43,628 nt of DNA. Origin: a virus (lineage: Duplodnaviria > Caudoviricetes). Below are positions 1-11,500 of the stretch, one piece after another. The notes under the pieces were generated by a model. That model made no database searches. It was not told where the DNA came from and saw only the letters and a list, made by a program, of their open reading frames with translations. Location: the IMG/VR virus record IMGVR_UViG_3300032295_004586, positions 1 to 43,628 of that record; one strand, 5' to 3'. Every line of letters begins with the position of its first letter. Positions within the stretch are counted from its first letter, which is position 1. The translations under genes were made by a program, and so were the position numbers.

Positions 1-300
1 GGAAGACAAGGCAACCAAGGCAACCAAGGTAACCAAGGTAACCAAGGTGCACAAGGTACACAGGGGGTTCAGGGAACTCAAGGCGTTCAAGGGAGACAAG
101 GTAACCAAGGTAATCAAGGTAATCAAGGTGCACAAGGTACACAAGGCGTTCAGGGAACTCAAGGCGTTCAAGGCGTTCAAGGTACACAGGGTACTCAAGG
201 AAACCAAGGCAACCAAGGTAACCAGGGTAACCAGGGTAATCAAGGTACACAGGGCCCACAAGGTATTCAAGGTGTCGGTATTCAAGGGATTCAAGGACCA
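1..300 (+). repeat. 9-nt collagen repeat block 1 (Gly-X-Gln)
   Basis: Tandem ggN-NNN-caR units encoding GNQ/GTQ/GVQ/GAQ. Confidence 0.95.
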
Positions 301-2481
301 TCAGGAGCAGTAACTGCTGCTGGTGATTATGTAATGCAAGCGATTTTAGCAGATAATCAAACATTAACATCAGGTGTAGATAATACTATTCAGTTAACAG
401 ATCATTATGATCCACAAAATTGGTTTAATCCTTCTAATTATAGATTTACACCTAATGTTGCAGGCTATTATTTAATTGCATTTGGTGTTTGGTATGGAGT
501 AGGAACTAGCGCAACATCAGATCAAATCAATGTTCAAATAAATAAAAATGGTACTACTTCTATGTCAATTGCTCAAGAAGTAGTTCCAACTGGAAATGCT
601 GGTAGGTCAGTTACTGGTTCGAAGATTATTTATCTTAATGGAACGACTGATTATTTAATTTTAACTGCATATACATCATCTACTAGTTCACATGTAATAC
701 AATCTGGAGGGGGAGATGAGGGTACTTGGTTATCTGCAATCTTAGTTACACAAGGATTAAAGGGAGATCAAGGGGTTCAAGGTGTACAAGGAGTCCAAGG
801 AGTTCAGGGAGTACAAGGTACTCAAGGTGTCCAAGGTGTTCAAGGTCCTCAATGGAAGATACTTCAAGACATAGTTATTGAAAGCGATGCTGATTCTATT
901 CCTAGTAATATTGATTGTAATGATGTAAGTGCGTATTTAAATAGTTTATATCCGCCTGATTTTTGTGATACTCTAAATAATAGAGAAACTGTTTATATTC
1001 ATTGGAATTTTCCAAGTAGTACAAGTACAGTTTGGAGTAAAACATTTGTAATACAAAAGGATGAAAATGGTAATTGTTCTTGTCTAGAATTAGGTGTTAT
1101 TTATAGTGGAGCACAAGGGAATCAAGGTAACCAGGGTAATCAAGGCACCCAAGGCAACCAGGGTAACCAAGGCAACCAAGGCAACCAAGGCAGACAAGGA
1201 ACTACAGGACAACAAGGAGCAGGTGGAGCATTAGGGTATTATGGTTCATTTTTCGATAGTTTCGATCAAACTGCTGCATTAATAAATACAGCTTATCCTG
1301 TAAAAGTAAGAACTACTGCTGAAGCAAATGGTATTGTAATTAATAGTGATTCACAAATAACATTTACTTATGCTGGAACATATGATATTCAATTCTCATT
1401 ACAATTACATCATACTAGTGGAGGTGGTTCAGGTAATACTGTAAATATATGGCTCAAAAAAAATGGAAATAATATTTCAGATACCGATACTCAAGTTACT
1501 GTACAAAGTAATAATCCATATGTTGTAGCGGCTTGGGACTTTTTATTAACTGTTAATGCAGGAGATTATTTAGAACTTGTATGGTCAACGGATAATACCT
1601 CTATACAATTAGAAGCTTCTGCAGCAACAGGTATTTATCCTGCTATACCTTCTGCTATAATTACAGTAATACAAGTGATGTATACCCAAGTTGGTCCACA
1701 AGGTAATCAAGGTGTTCAAGGAACGCAAGGAACTCAAGGTGCTCAGGGTAACCAAGGAACTCAAGGTACACAGGGTGTACAAGGTGTACAGGGTGTACAG
1801 GGTAGACAAGGTAACCAAGGAAACCAAGGGAATCAAGGAAACCAAGGTACTCAGGGTCCACAAGGGCCTCAAGGTACTCAGGGTGTTCAAGGTAACCAAG
1901 GCAATCAAGGTAACCAAGGTAATCAGGGTAATCAGGGTAATCAAGGTAATCAGGGTATTCAAGGAATACAAGGAATACAGGGACCTGGTACTACATTGAC
2001 GATAGATTCTGGAACTTATTCTCCAACTGTTTATCAGAATGATTATTATCAGGTTAGTATTGGTGACTGTGATAGTTTTGAAGTTACAAATATAGATACC
2101 GTAACTGCATGTGGATTCAAATATATTCGTATTGGAAGTATAGTACATGTAAGTGGTCAAGTTGATGTTACAAGTGATTTTGATCCAGCATATACTACAA
2201 ATACCACTGCTTTAACCATATCTCTACCTATAACGAGTTATTTTACATCTAGATGCGATTTAAATGGTGTAGGTTCTTTAGATTGTTCTGAACTTGATGG
2301 CACTGGCAGCACAAAGGATATACAAAGTGCTATTATCTATGCATGTACTGCTACAACTTTAGGCATTTATACTGGAACAAATGATAGGGCTATTGTTGAA
2401 TATAGACCTACAGAATATACATATAGAATGGATGTTATGTTTACTTATAGAATAATATCAAACCCTAATCCGCCGCAATAA
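1..2481 (+). CDS. Collagen-like fibre protein with C1q-like beta domains (5'-truncated by window edge)
   Basis: Frame 1 is open from base 1 (GGA AGA CAA GGC AAC CAA...) through the ATG at 334 to the stop at 2481, so the 715-aa ORF is only the C-terminal part. Four G-X-Q triplet blocks alternate with globular segments; two look C1q-like (FTPNVAGYYLI..., ITFTYAGTYDIQFSLQ...GDYLEL). Confidence 0.85.
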   Translation, partial: GRQGNQGNQGNQGNQGAQGTQGVQGTQGVQGRQGNQGNQGNQGAQGTQGVQGTQGVQGVQGTQGTQGNQGNQGNQGNQGNQGTQGPQGIQGVGIQGIQGPSGAVTAAGDYVMQAILADNQTLTSGVDNTIQLTDHYDPQNWFNPSNYRFTPNVAGYYLIAFGVWYGVGTSATSDQINVQINKNGTTSMSIAQEVVPTGNAGRSVTGSKIIYLNGTTDYLILTAYTSSTSSHVIQSGGGDEGTWLSAILVTQGLKGDQGVQGVQGVQGVQGVQGTQGVQGVQGPQWKILQDIVIESDADSIPSNIDCNDVSAYLNSLYPPDFCDTLNNRETVYIHWNFPSSTSTVWSKTFVIQKDENGNCSCLELGVIYSGAQGNQGNQGNQGTQGNQGNQGNQGNQGRQGTTGQQGAGGALGYYGSFFDSFDQTAALINTAYPVKVRTTAEANGIVINSDSQITFTYAGTYDIQFSLQLHHTSGGGSGNTVNIWLKKNGNNISDTDTQVTVQSNNPYVVAAWDFLLTVNAGDYLELVWSTDNTSIQLEASAATGIYPAIPSAIITVIQVMYTQVGPQGNQGVQGTQGTQGAQGNQGTQGTQGVQGVQGVQGRQGNQGNQGNQGNQGTQGPQGPQGTQGVQGNQGNQGNQGNQGNQGNQGNQGIQGIQGIQGPGTTLTIDSGTYSPTVYQNDYYQVSIGDCDSFEVTNIDTVTACGFKYIRIGSIVHVSGQVDVTSDFDPAYTTNTTALTISLPITSYFTSRCDLNGVGSLDCSELDGTGSTKDIQSAIIYACTATTLGIYTGTNDRAIVEYRPTEYTYRMDVMFTYRIISNPNPPQ
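751..852 (+). repeat. Collagen repeat block 2 (GVQ-rich)
   Basis: QGLKGDQGVQGVQ...GPQ in the translation. Confidence 0.9.
1108..1221 (+). repeat. Collagen repeat block 3 (GNQ-rich)
   Basis: GAQGNQGNQGNQGTQ...GQQGA in the translation. Confidence 0.9.
1693..1989 (+). repeat. Collagen repeat block 4
   Basis: About 32 G-X-Q triplets, GPQGNQ...GIQGPG. Confidence 0.95.
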
Positions 2482-2515
2482 ACAAAAGTAATCAGTTTAA
2501 TATAAAATAAATTAA

Positions 2516-2523
2516 GATATATA
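2516..2523 (+). promoter_or_regulatory. GATATATA candidate late promoter
   Basis: Exact intergenic octamer 6 nt before the ATG at 2530; the motif recurs upstream of other genes. Confidence 0.55.
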
Positions 2524-2529
2524 GTAAAT

Positions 2530-2841
2530 ATGGTAACATCAGCAAATATATTTACAAAAATACGCTCAGAAAAGGAATATTTACCTGAAACTAATGAAAG
2601 CGTTATTTATCAATTACATTGCACAAAAACCAATGAATGTCCAGTAAAAATTTGGAGTTTTAATAACAATAGACCTGTAACATTCCCAGAAGGAAGTTTT
2701 GTACAGGGTGCTATTTATCCAATGGTTATTTATAAAATGGAGTTTGATGAAGACCTAGCTTCTTTTGTAGGATATAAAAGTTCTGCAAATATTGGTTTAC
2801 CTCGTTACATTCCAAAAAATTGGAATCCAAAGAAAAATTAG
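2530..2841 (+). CDS. Hypothetical protein (103 aa)
   Basis: ATG ORF filling the gap between two large genes, preceded by GATATATA. Confidence 0.75.
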   Translation: MVTSANIFTKIRSEKEYLPETNESVIYQLHCTKTNECPVKIWSFNNNRPVTFPEGSFVQGAIYPMVIYKMEFDEDLASFVGYKSSANIGLPRYIPKNWNPKKN

Positions 2842-2859
2842 AAAATCAATTAAAATAAT

Positions 2860-5712
2860 ATGGCATCTCTTATAACAGAATTTAAAAGAAGAGTTGAAAA
2901 AATTATAAGTAGCTCTAGACCAAAGGTACCACCAGTTGGTACAAATCATGTTGATGATTATAATTTATGGACTTCTGATACTCTTTATAAAGGAGAACTA
3001 GGTTTAAATCTAACCGAAGGTACTTTATTTTCTCAAGATGGAAGACAACCTGTTGAATTAAATAAAGAAGATTCTATATTGAGTGGACATGTTTTGCAGA
3101 CTTCAGGAGTTTCTTCTCAATATTTAACAATTACTCAGGGTAAATATAGAATACAAGGTAAAACATATTATACACCGACTCCAGTTGATGTAGTTGCTAC
3201 AAATATTTATATTGAACCTAACACATCTTCTTATCCTAGGATAGATACCGTATGTATTAAAGGTGATCCCACTTTATATTATTCTGGTTTAGATTTATAT
3301 GGAACTGAGTTTTTAGTAGTTAAAGGTACACCTGCAACTGAACCTGAACCACCAGATGTTCCAAGTGGTTATTATTTTGTAGGGGTATGTTGGATTTATC
3401 CGAATGGCCTTCCTACATCAACACTATATCCTATAAGTCATTCATCGGGTGCATTATCTACTTTTCCTTTACCTGTTGTTACAACAAAAGATTTTGTTCA
3501 AAGAAGAAGACTTACAGTTCATCCTTGGAATTTTAACACTTTACTATTTAGTCAACAGATTGTAAAATATGGACAACAACTTTATTGGGTAATAGTTACA
3601 CATCAGTCAAGTGGATCATCTATACAAGATGATATAGATGATGGTAAAATCATTAAGATATGTTGTGGTTCAGGTGGTGGTATTCAAGGTGGTCAAGGGC
3701 TTCAGGGTAATAGTTTTTCTGACATAGGTAGTTATCCAACTGATGGTAATTGGAGTGATGGTTTATTTGCATGGACCCCTAGCACACTTATATTAGATGC
3801 ATTTGACGATGTAAATAAATTTTTATTACAACAAATTGAATCATCTCCATCTACTATACCTTCAAATCAATTAAACAATACTACAATAGAGACTGAAAAT
3901 GGATTCTCAGCAAGGTGGTATGATACAGGTTTAGTTGAAGATAATGTATTCACAGATCAAGAACTTCCTGTTATTCAAAGTATATCTCCATTTAGATCAT
4001 ATGAAAGTGGAGAAATATATGGATATTGTGATTTTAATGGATTTACAGAAGAAACATCTAAACATAATGTTTCACCTTCAGTTCATCCACCTTCTTCAAA
4101 TATAAATGAAACTGGGACTGTATTATCATTAGATCTTGTAAAGAATGATGCGTTTGCTGGAAACACAGAATTAGAAGGGAAACTTTTTAATCAATTTACA
4201 TTTGAATTGGCAAAAACTGGATCTGTTTTGCCTGCAAGCGATACTATTCAATATATGATGGGTATAGCGTATGACAGTGTTTTTGGAAACACTACGGCTG
4301 AACTTGATTTTTATGTTGAGCAGATATCAACAGCTCCTTTACTCTCATCTGTTGATGTAAAGGGTTTATGGAGCTCTAAATATGTTTCTGGTGTACCAGT
4401 CTTATTCGCTGGAGATCTAATTAGATTCAGCTTTGATGCTGAAAATTGTGTTGGATATTTTTATCATAAAGACCATATTGTAAAAATATTAGGACCTTAT
4501 GTAAATGAAAAGGATTTACCCCAAACAGATACTTCCTGTACAACTTCATTACCATTTACAGCATTATCACAGATAGTTAATTTTACAGATGCTGAGAGTG
4601 ATATAGTTGCAGACTCATTTAGTACAAGTTTAACTCAAACCTTTAATTTATCTGTGCATAATGCTAAAGGTACAGGTGTCGTTGGAATTCAAAATGTTAC
4701 AAATGTCACTACATCTTCTTATAAGATATACATAGATGATATTTCTCAAGAAGCGTCTGTAAGATATTCATCAGGTACTGGAACTTACCCAACGACAGGT
4801 TACGGAAATCTTTATACAACTTTAGATTCCGAGTCTGATCTATCAAGTGGTGGAAATGAAGAATTACAACTTTGGTGCGGTACATATCAGTACCCATCTG
4901 GAGATTATACATCTTCAGATATGATTGATATTAGTTTAGTTAATGTAAGTGGACCTGATTATTCAGGTTTAACTGGAACTAGATGGGCTACATTTTATTT
5001 AGGTGAAATAGCTAATGAAAAATATGTCAATCTTGTCATAAAAGGTGCAACTGGCATTACAGTTGATTTAGACAATGGAACTACTATGTCTAATAATATT
5101 TCACTATATTTAAGAGTTGATGGGTCTTCTCCAACAAATGGTTGGGTTAATGCAAATGAGGCATATAATCCAATATCCATCCAAAATCCGACAGATGACG
5201 GAGATTCTGCTTTAGATATAGGTTCTTCTACTGCAACGATTAGAAGAGTTACATTTGGTCAAGAGGCAAAATCTGGATATGTATATGCTAGAATAGGTAT
5301 AGATGAATCATCTAATGTTACATTTACATCTATTGATAATTACGAACAATCTACTATAAATCAAGACTGGGTTTATTTCACAATAGGTAATATTATTAGT
5401 GAAACTGAATTAGATATTACAATTAATAATACAAATGGGACTATAACATCTGATTTTGTAGATGGTATAAAAATGACTGAAAATCTTGATATTCAATTAA
5501 GAGTAGTTGGAACATCAAGTACAGATTGGTTAGACGCAAATTCAAAATATATTTCAGGTGATCCTGTTAATTATAATGAAGCTGCTTTAGATGTTGATAA
5601 TTCTACTGCTACTCAAAGAAGAATAACATTTGGATCAACTGCAAGAACAGGTGAAGTTCAAGTGAGAATTAGAGGAAATTATAAAGTATTTAGTGGAGTA
5701 ACATTATTATGA
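2860..5712 (+). CDS. Large putative virion protein (950 aa) with duplicated C-terminal domain
   Basis: Ser/Thr/Gly-rich; PRIDTV...GTPATEPEPP motif typical of tail/baseplate proteins; about 128-aa tandem duplication at the C-terminus. Confidence 0.65.
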   Translation: MASLITEFKRRVEKIISSSRPKVPPVGTNHVDDYNLWTSDTLYKGELGLNLTEGTLFSQDGRQPVELNKEDSILSGHVLQTSGVSSQYLTITQGKYRIQGKTYYTPTPVDVVATNIYIEPNTSSYPRIDTVCIKGDPTLYYSGLDLYGTEFLVVKGTPATEPEPPDVPSGYYFVGVCWIYPNGLPTSTLYPISHSSGALSTFPLPVVTTKDFVQRRRLTVHPWNFNTLLFSQQIVKYGQQLYWVIVTHQSSGSSIQDDIDDGKIIKICCGSGGGIQGGQGLQGNSFSDIGSYPTDGNWSDGLFAWTPSTLILDAFDDVNKFLLQQIESSPSTIPSNQLNNTTIETENGFSARWYDTGLVEDNVFTDQELPVIQSISPFRSYESGEIYGYCDFNGFTEETSKHNVSPSVHPPSSNINETGTVLSLDLVKNDAFAGNTELEGKLFNQFTFELAKTGSVLPASDTIQYMMGIAYDSVFGNTTAELDFYVEQISTAPLLSSVDVKGLWSSKYVSGVPVLFAGDLIRFSFDAENCVGYFYHKDHIVKILGPYVNEKDLPQTDTSCTTSLPFTALSQIVNFTDAESDIVADSFSTSLTQTFNLSVHNAKGTGVVGIQNVTNVTTSSYKIYIDDISQEASVRYSSGTGTYPTTGYGNLYTTLDSESDLSSGGNEELQLWCGTYQYPSGDYTSSDMIDISLVNVSGPDYSGLTGTRWATFYLGEIANEKYVNLVIKGATGITVDLDNGTTMSNNISLYLRVDGSSPTNGWVNANEAYNPISIQNPTDDGDSALDIGSSTATIRRVTFGQEAKSGYVYARIGIDESSNVTFTSIDNYEQSTINQDWVYFTIGNIISETELDITINNTNGTITSDFVDGIKMTENLDIQLRVVGTSSTDWLDANSKYISGDPVNYNEAALDVDNSTATQRRITFGSTARTGEVQVRIRGNYKVFSGVTLL

Positions 5713-6518
5713 TGAATATTATAGAATCTATCTTGAAAAACTTATGGAACTACATAAAAAGTGATTCTCGTACATTTTATTGGATAGTAATTATAATATT
5801 AATTATTATATTGATTTTTACATCTAAGAGCTGTGAAAATGCAAAGCTAGAATCAGAAATTGCAAAACAAAACATTGTAGCGATTCAAGATAAGTTACGA
5901 ATTGAAAAAAATAAAAATGGAGAAAATCAATATTTGAAGTTGAGTCTATTGACTGATATTGATAATCTTAAGAATTTAAACGCAAGTTTGTTTGAAGAAG
6001 TTAAAAAGATGGATGGGAAGGTTTTAGCTATGTCTAAAACTATGATAAGTATAAAAGGTACATTAGAAAATTTACCACAAGATAGAAGCGGAGATAATCC
6101 AATAGCTCTTAAAAACGATACTTTAACATCTGATTTTAAATTTTTAGAAAAGGGTAAAAGTTGGGAAAGAAAAATCACTGGCAAGTCTGTACTTTTAATG
6201 AAAAATGTTACGGATAGTACTTATGCACAACCTTTATATGATATTTTAACAGAAGACAGAATGAATCTCACGGTATTTGCTTCTATAAGAAAGCGAGAGA
6301 GTGATGATATGTATGAATATGTTTTGAGAACTGATTATCCAAATGCTAAATTAGATGTAGAGGGATTCATTGATCCAAAAATGTTCAATAACAACTTTAA
6401 TAATTTATCAGAAGATAAATGGATTATTGGTCCTTATGTTGGAGTAGGTGTAATAAATAATTTATCTATTACACCTAATTTTGGAATAGGTATTACCTAT
6501 AAATTGATAGGCTTCTAA
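5709..6518 (+). CDS. Membrane-anchored coiled-coil protein with C-terminal beta hairpin; possible spanin-like lysis protein
   Basis: N-terminal TM (YWIVIIILIIILIF) followed by SKSC, coiled coil, and C-terminal KWIIGPYVGVG...PNFGIGITYKLIGF, resembling a family common in Bacteroidota phages. The function is inference. Confidence 0.45.
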   Translation: MMNIIESILKNLWNYIKSDSRTFYWIVIIILIIILIFTSKSCENAKLESEIAKQNIVAIQDKLRIEKNKNGENQYLKLSLLTDIDNLKNLNASLFEEVKKMDGKVLAMSKTMISIKGTLENLPQDRSGDNPIALKNDTLTSDFKFLEKGKSWERKITGKSVLLMKNVTDSTYAQPLYDILTEDRMNLTVFASIRKRESDDMYEYVLRTDYPNAKLDVEGFIDPKMFNNNFNNLSEDKWIIGPYVGVGVINNLSITPNFGIGITYKLIGF

Positions 6519-8489
6519 TTATAATCCTAAATAAGTAGCACTTACAAATCCTGAAGAATACCAAAGATTGATATTTGTAGGTGCATTATAGAATCCATTT
6601 GTTGCCGCATATAATCCACCTACAGCCACACTTATTCTAGAATTAGGGTTATCATCGATATAAATAATATCTGAACAATTTATTGTCCATGTAGGCCAAG
6701 CAGCCGTACTTGTATTTTCAGGAAGAGTATTTCCAAGAATTGCAATTGGGGAAATTGATGAACTTTCAGCTATTGATAAATAAGAATAATCATCTGAGTT
6801 TTTAATTATTGCGCCTGCTATTGTAGTTGGATAAAGAGAATCTTCTAATGTAAATGTATCTGGTAATTCAATTAAACCAAAGGCAAATACATTAAATTGC
6901 CAATATCCTTTTTTACCAGGTAAAAAGACTGTACCATCACCTTGAACAATATTACCAGGAGAAGGCATAGCAATCTCCGAAACATTAAATGTTAATCTTC
7001 TACTGTATGCTAATGTTCCATTATTTTGAACAATAATATTTCTCAATTCAATAGGATTTGATGACAATGGTGATTTTAGTGTACCATTTTGTCCAAATTT
7101 GTATTTGAAACCTCTGAAAGATGGATTATCACTTCCTGATGTAGTTGAACTTATTTTAATTTTACCACTATTGTTTTGTAAAGTTATATTATTTCCTTCT
7201 TCAAATTCAATAGTATCATTCCCACTTGCGTTTATAGTAAAAAGTCCGTTTGATGTATGAAGTGAAGCTGACCCAAAATAATCTGTTGCAGTTGGAGTAG
7301 AAGTTGAAATACCAATCTCTAACGCTGTATAAACACTTGGACCATCTGCTACACTTACTTCAGATATTGTAACACCACTCCCTTCTTTAATACGTAATAC
7401 ATCTGTCGTTGTTATTGCAGACTGATCTATAGTTTTATCTGCACCAGTATTATCAAAAGTTCTAACTATCCCGTAATTATCACCTCCACCTGAGCCAGTT
7501 TGACTAAGCTTTCTCCATGTAGATCCTTCATAAGAATAGACTGCATTATCATTAGAATCATAAATCAAGGTTCCAGGATCAGGGCTTGTCAAAGTTGTTC
7601 TATCTACAGAATATAATGTGAAAGGGGAATTAACAGTAGTTTTATCAGCATTAAATATAAGCTCATCTGCTGTTAAATCAATAAACTGTTTGTGATTGAT
7701 ATTACCTGAAGATACATTAGATATTTTCAATGTTTCTTCGTGTCTATTACCAGTCCCACCCCAGTCCACAGTTAAAGTAAAACCAGATTGATTTTGCCAA
7801 CCCAATGCTTTATTATAAACAAAGGCAGTTGAATTAGAAAGATGTATATTTTTACCCTTACCGTAGATAGAAGAAAGGGTATCTGATTCTGAGGTATAGA
7901 TCTTTAAACCCATTTCTTGAAGCCAGTTCTGTGTAACAGTGCTACCTCCCATAATAAAATCAGAAGTATCTGCTCCAACGCTAGAAAATGGTTCTGGTGC
8001 AAAATTAGGTGAGGTACCTGTAATATCAGTAATCTCTAGTGTGTAGTTTGTTTTTATAGGTTTTATGACCGTAGTTTTATTATTAACTGAAGGTATAAAA
8101 TCATCAAATAATGAAGATCCACCAGTACCAGATCCTACAATAGTTCCTCGGTTTAACCACTGAGCTAAAGCTGTATCTGCTATTTTTTCATATACATTAC
8201 CAGTATTGCCCTCCAAGAAAAAATCACCAGTTTTTGTAGGAGCTGTATCAAAAGTTGAAAATGAGTCTCCAAAAAACCATTTAGATCCTCTTTCTCCAGC
8301 AGCTCCAGTTGATCCTTGCACCCCAATGGCACCTGGAGGGCCTGGAACTCCAGCTGCACCCCTTTTACCCTCTTCACCTCTAAGCCCTTGTACTTGAGAT
8401 ATAATATCAAAGTTAGAGTTGATTTTTTCAACCATTTCTCCAAATGTATCTTGGTTTGTTACTAATTTAGTTAAATTAATATTAGGCAT
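6519..8489 (-). CDS. Tail fibre/baseplate-attached fibre protein (656 aa)
   Basis: N-terminal DTFGEMVEKINSNF (T4 gp9/gp10-like N-terminal motif), short collagen stretch, GSKWFFG...GDFFL...GNVYEK fibre motif, C-terminal C1q-like segment (PGKKGYWQFNV). Confidence 0.65.
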   Translation of the reverse strand: MPNINLTKLVTNQDTFGEMVEKINSNFDIISQVQGLRGEEGKRGAAGVPGPPGAIGVQGSTGAAGERGSKWFFGDSFSTFDTAPTKTGDFFLEGNTGNVYEKIADTALAQWLNRGTIVGSGTGGSSLFDDFIPSVNNKTTVIKPIKTNYTLEITDITGTSPNFAPEPFSSVGADTSDFIMGGSTVTQNWLQEMGLKIYTSESDTLSSIYGKGKNIHLSNSTAFVYNKALGWQNQSGFTLTVDWGGTGNRHEETLKISNVSSGNINHKQFIDLTADELIFNADKTTVNSPFTLYSVDRTTLTSPDPGTLIYDSNDNAVYSYEGSTWRKLSQTGSGGGDNYGIVRTFDNTGADKTIDQSAITTTDVLRIKEGSGVTISEVSVADGPSVYTALEIGISTSTPTATDYFGSASLHTSNGLFTINASGNDTIEFEEGNNITLQNNSGKIKISSTTSGSDNPSFRGFKYKFGQNGTLKSPLSSNPIELRNIIVQNNGTLAYSRRLTFNVSEIAMPSPGNIVQGDGTVFLPGKKGYWQFNVFAFGLIELPDTFTLEDSLYPTTIAGAIIKNSDDYSYLSIAESSSISPIAILGNTLPENTSTAAWPTWTINCSDIIYIDDNPNSRISVAVGGLYAATNGFYNAPTNINLWYSSGFVSATYLGL

Positions 8490-8503
8490 CTTTTCCTCTA
8501 TTT

Positions 8504-11500
8504 TTAAATTTTATCAAAACTTATAGAAAGTGATAATTGTGCATTTGAAAGATCACTAATGTCTTTCTTTATCAATACATCATCTATTCTTGTATCTAAA
8601 GTTATACCATTTTCTTCAATAAATTCTAAACTCTCTCTAGTTTCAGGTGTGGTATTTATAAATAAATCCTGAGTAGTTCTATCACCTCTTGAATAAAGTT
8701 TAACTGATGAGATTTTATATATTTTTACTAAGTTTTGTAGTATATATTCCTCAAAAAATTCTTCTGTAAATAAAGAATCGTTTCTCAAACTAATTATTGA
8801 GCTTTTTATTTTATTCCTTAAAATATTAGTTTTTAGAATCTTCAAAATCATATTTATAGGATATAAATGTATCTCAACTGTATTATTGTTTATTTCATAC
8901 CAAAAATCTTTTGATGTATCTTTATTCAAACTAAAATCAAATGTTTCTATATCTAAGATATTAGGTGTGGATACTAATTTACTTCCCATAAATGTTTTTA
9001 CTTCTCTAGGTTCAATTAAAGGATTAATTGATATTGAAGTATTTTTATCATTATATAATTGATAAAAATTATAGTCCCAAGTTGAAGAAAATATATTAAA
9101 ATCTCTGTAATCCAATCCAGTTTCATTTATAAGCGGATATCTACTTTGATATGCTGTATCAGAAAGTGTAAGTATCTTTTTGTTTGCTATTTTATGGTAA
9201 CCTAAATTCATTATTTTACCAAAATTTGAACTACTTATATGAAATCTAGTATTTATTTTATTAGGGCTCGAAAACTCTTCAATAAATAGTTGAGATTCTG
9301 CATCAATAAATTTTACAACATCCTTTGTTTTAGGTATAAAATCTCCACCATATCTTATAATTTGAAAATCATAATCAGTTTCTGATATCTTATATCCAAT
9401 TATATCATTTATAGATAACTCTGTAGGTACATCTGTATCAGGATTAGGCTCTAATAATCTTTTCTTAGATATTGTAGTAGGTAGAATATATTTTAAACCG
9501 AAATTAGAATTTCTATATATTTCTTCAATATTACCTTCAGTATCAATAATAACTTGAGTGTATTCTTTAGATTCAATCGATTTTAAAATTGAAGCAAATG
9601 ATAATTTTTTAATTATTTCTTTTAAAGAATACTGACCACTTTTTAAATAATACGAAGATGATCTTTCAAAAGAATATGCAACATTTACTGAATGTGGATT
9701 ATGAATAGGTGGTGCAAATGATCTTAAACTTGGATTATTATTTAGATATGCATAGTTACTTAAACCTAAGAATTCAAATGCAACATCATCGGAATAACTG
9801 TAAGTAATTTTTGATGGTGTTAGTTCTATTAAGTTTCTTCCATATAATTGTAAATGAACATCTTTAGAATTAGTATCTGTATCATCACTTCTTCTGCCGT
9901 AACCAAATACTCTTAAATCAGAATATCTTCCAGTAGAAATATTTTTATTTATTTCTTTTGAAACATCATCTATAGTTGTGAAATTTATAGAGGTAGTTCC
10001 TATCTGTTTAACATAATTATATGTTGGAATAATACCTGAAGTTAATTGTAAATCAGAAGTAGTTAAAATAAAATTAGAATCTTCATTCAGAGATAAGTTT
10101 TTTGCTGAATCTAAAGTATAAAGACCAATGAGATTTATCTCATCATTCGGAAACACATATGATTGTATAAATGCTTCTATGACAAAAGTTAATGTTTTCC
10201 ATTTTCTATTTTCCACTAACTTCATTTCTAAATTAGAATCTTTTGTAAATGGTGTTCTAATTTTGGGTTTTAATACAGATGTAAATCTCCAATTGTCATA
10301 AAAGCTTGGATTATCTACTTCCAATTCAAACTTAGCACCTTTAAAAAATACAAAGGATTTATTTAAATTATTATCATATTTAATATATGTATAAAGATGC
10401 TTACTGTCGCTATTTAAAGATTGGTTATTATGTTTCTCTAAATGTGACCCTCTTATAAATGATCTTGAAAATCCGTCATAATCAGTTTCATAAAGATCAT
10501 TTAAAGATACTTTAGAAAATGTATAATTTCTATCATTTTCAGTAGCACCCTGACTATACCAAAAGGGCATTCCACTTATATAATACCAGTCATGTGTATG
10601 AAGTAATAAGCTACTTGGAGTTTCAATTGTTATATCTGGAGAGAAATTTCGCACTCCAAATGCAAGATTAGTATTTAATCGGTATTCATTTGATCTACAA
10701 TCAGAAGAATCTTTAATAACCCACTTATTAATGTATGGTATATTACGACTCTTATTAAATAGATTAGTGTTATAGTTTTCTCTTAATCTATCATACTCAC
10801 TTCTTAATAAAGAAAAAGAAAATCTCTCAGGTGAATTTTGTTTATAAAGTTCTTTTACTTGAGTCTCTTCGAATGTATCTATATAATCAACGATTCCATT
10901 AAATCCTCCAAACAGATTAATATTTTGTTCTTGATTAAATGCTTCACTCGTTCCACCAAAAAACGAAAACTTTATGTCTGTAGTTATGTTATAAATACTT
11001 GCACTTTTGTCAAGTCTTATAAATGGATTACTTCCTCTATTAATATACGCTACTTTAGTATCTGGTTGTATACCATTACCAGAGACATAATATCCTACTT
11101 CTATACCATCAAAAAAATCAACAGAGTCTGGAACAGAATCATTATTCGTGTCTGGGGCTAAATCCGCTACAAGACCTGCGTTTATAATTTTCATTTTCTT
11201 CAAAACTACATTATTATCATAAGTATTAAAACCCTTTGAATTTTGTAAATAAGGTTGTTTTGTAATTTCAAAATTTTCTGGAATTGAGTATGTAAAATAA
11301 AAATGAGTGATTTCTATATTGCCTATTGTAGATGTATAGAGTGCAGGTATTGTATGTAAACATAAATAATTAGTTGAAGTATCTATATCAATAACTCTAG
11401 TTTCAACTAATATTTCTGTACCATCTAATTTAACTGCATATAGTTTTATAGTAGTATCGAAATTGATATTATTAATATATTCTGTAAATACTCTAAATAC

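Noticed and set aside
47-2160. Alternative-frame ORFs 47-313, 1609-2160, 1661-1861 and 1691-1999
   Set aside because: Shadows of the collagen repeats; the real gene is frame 1.
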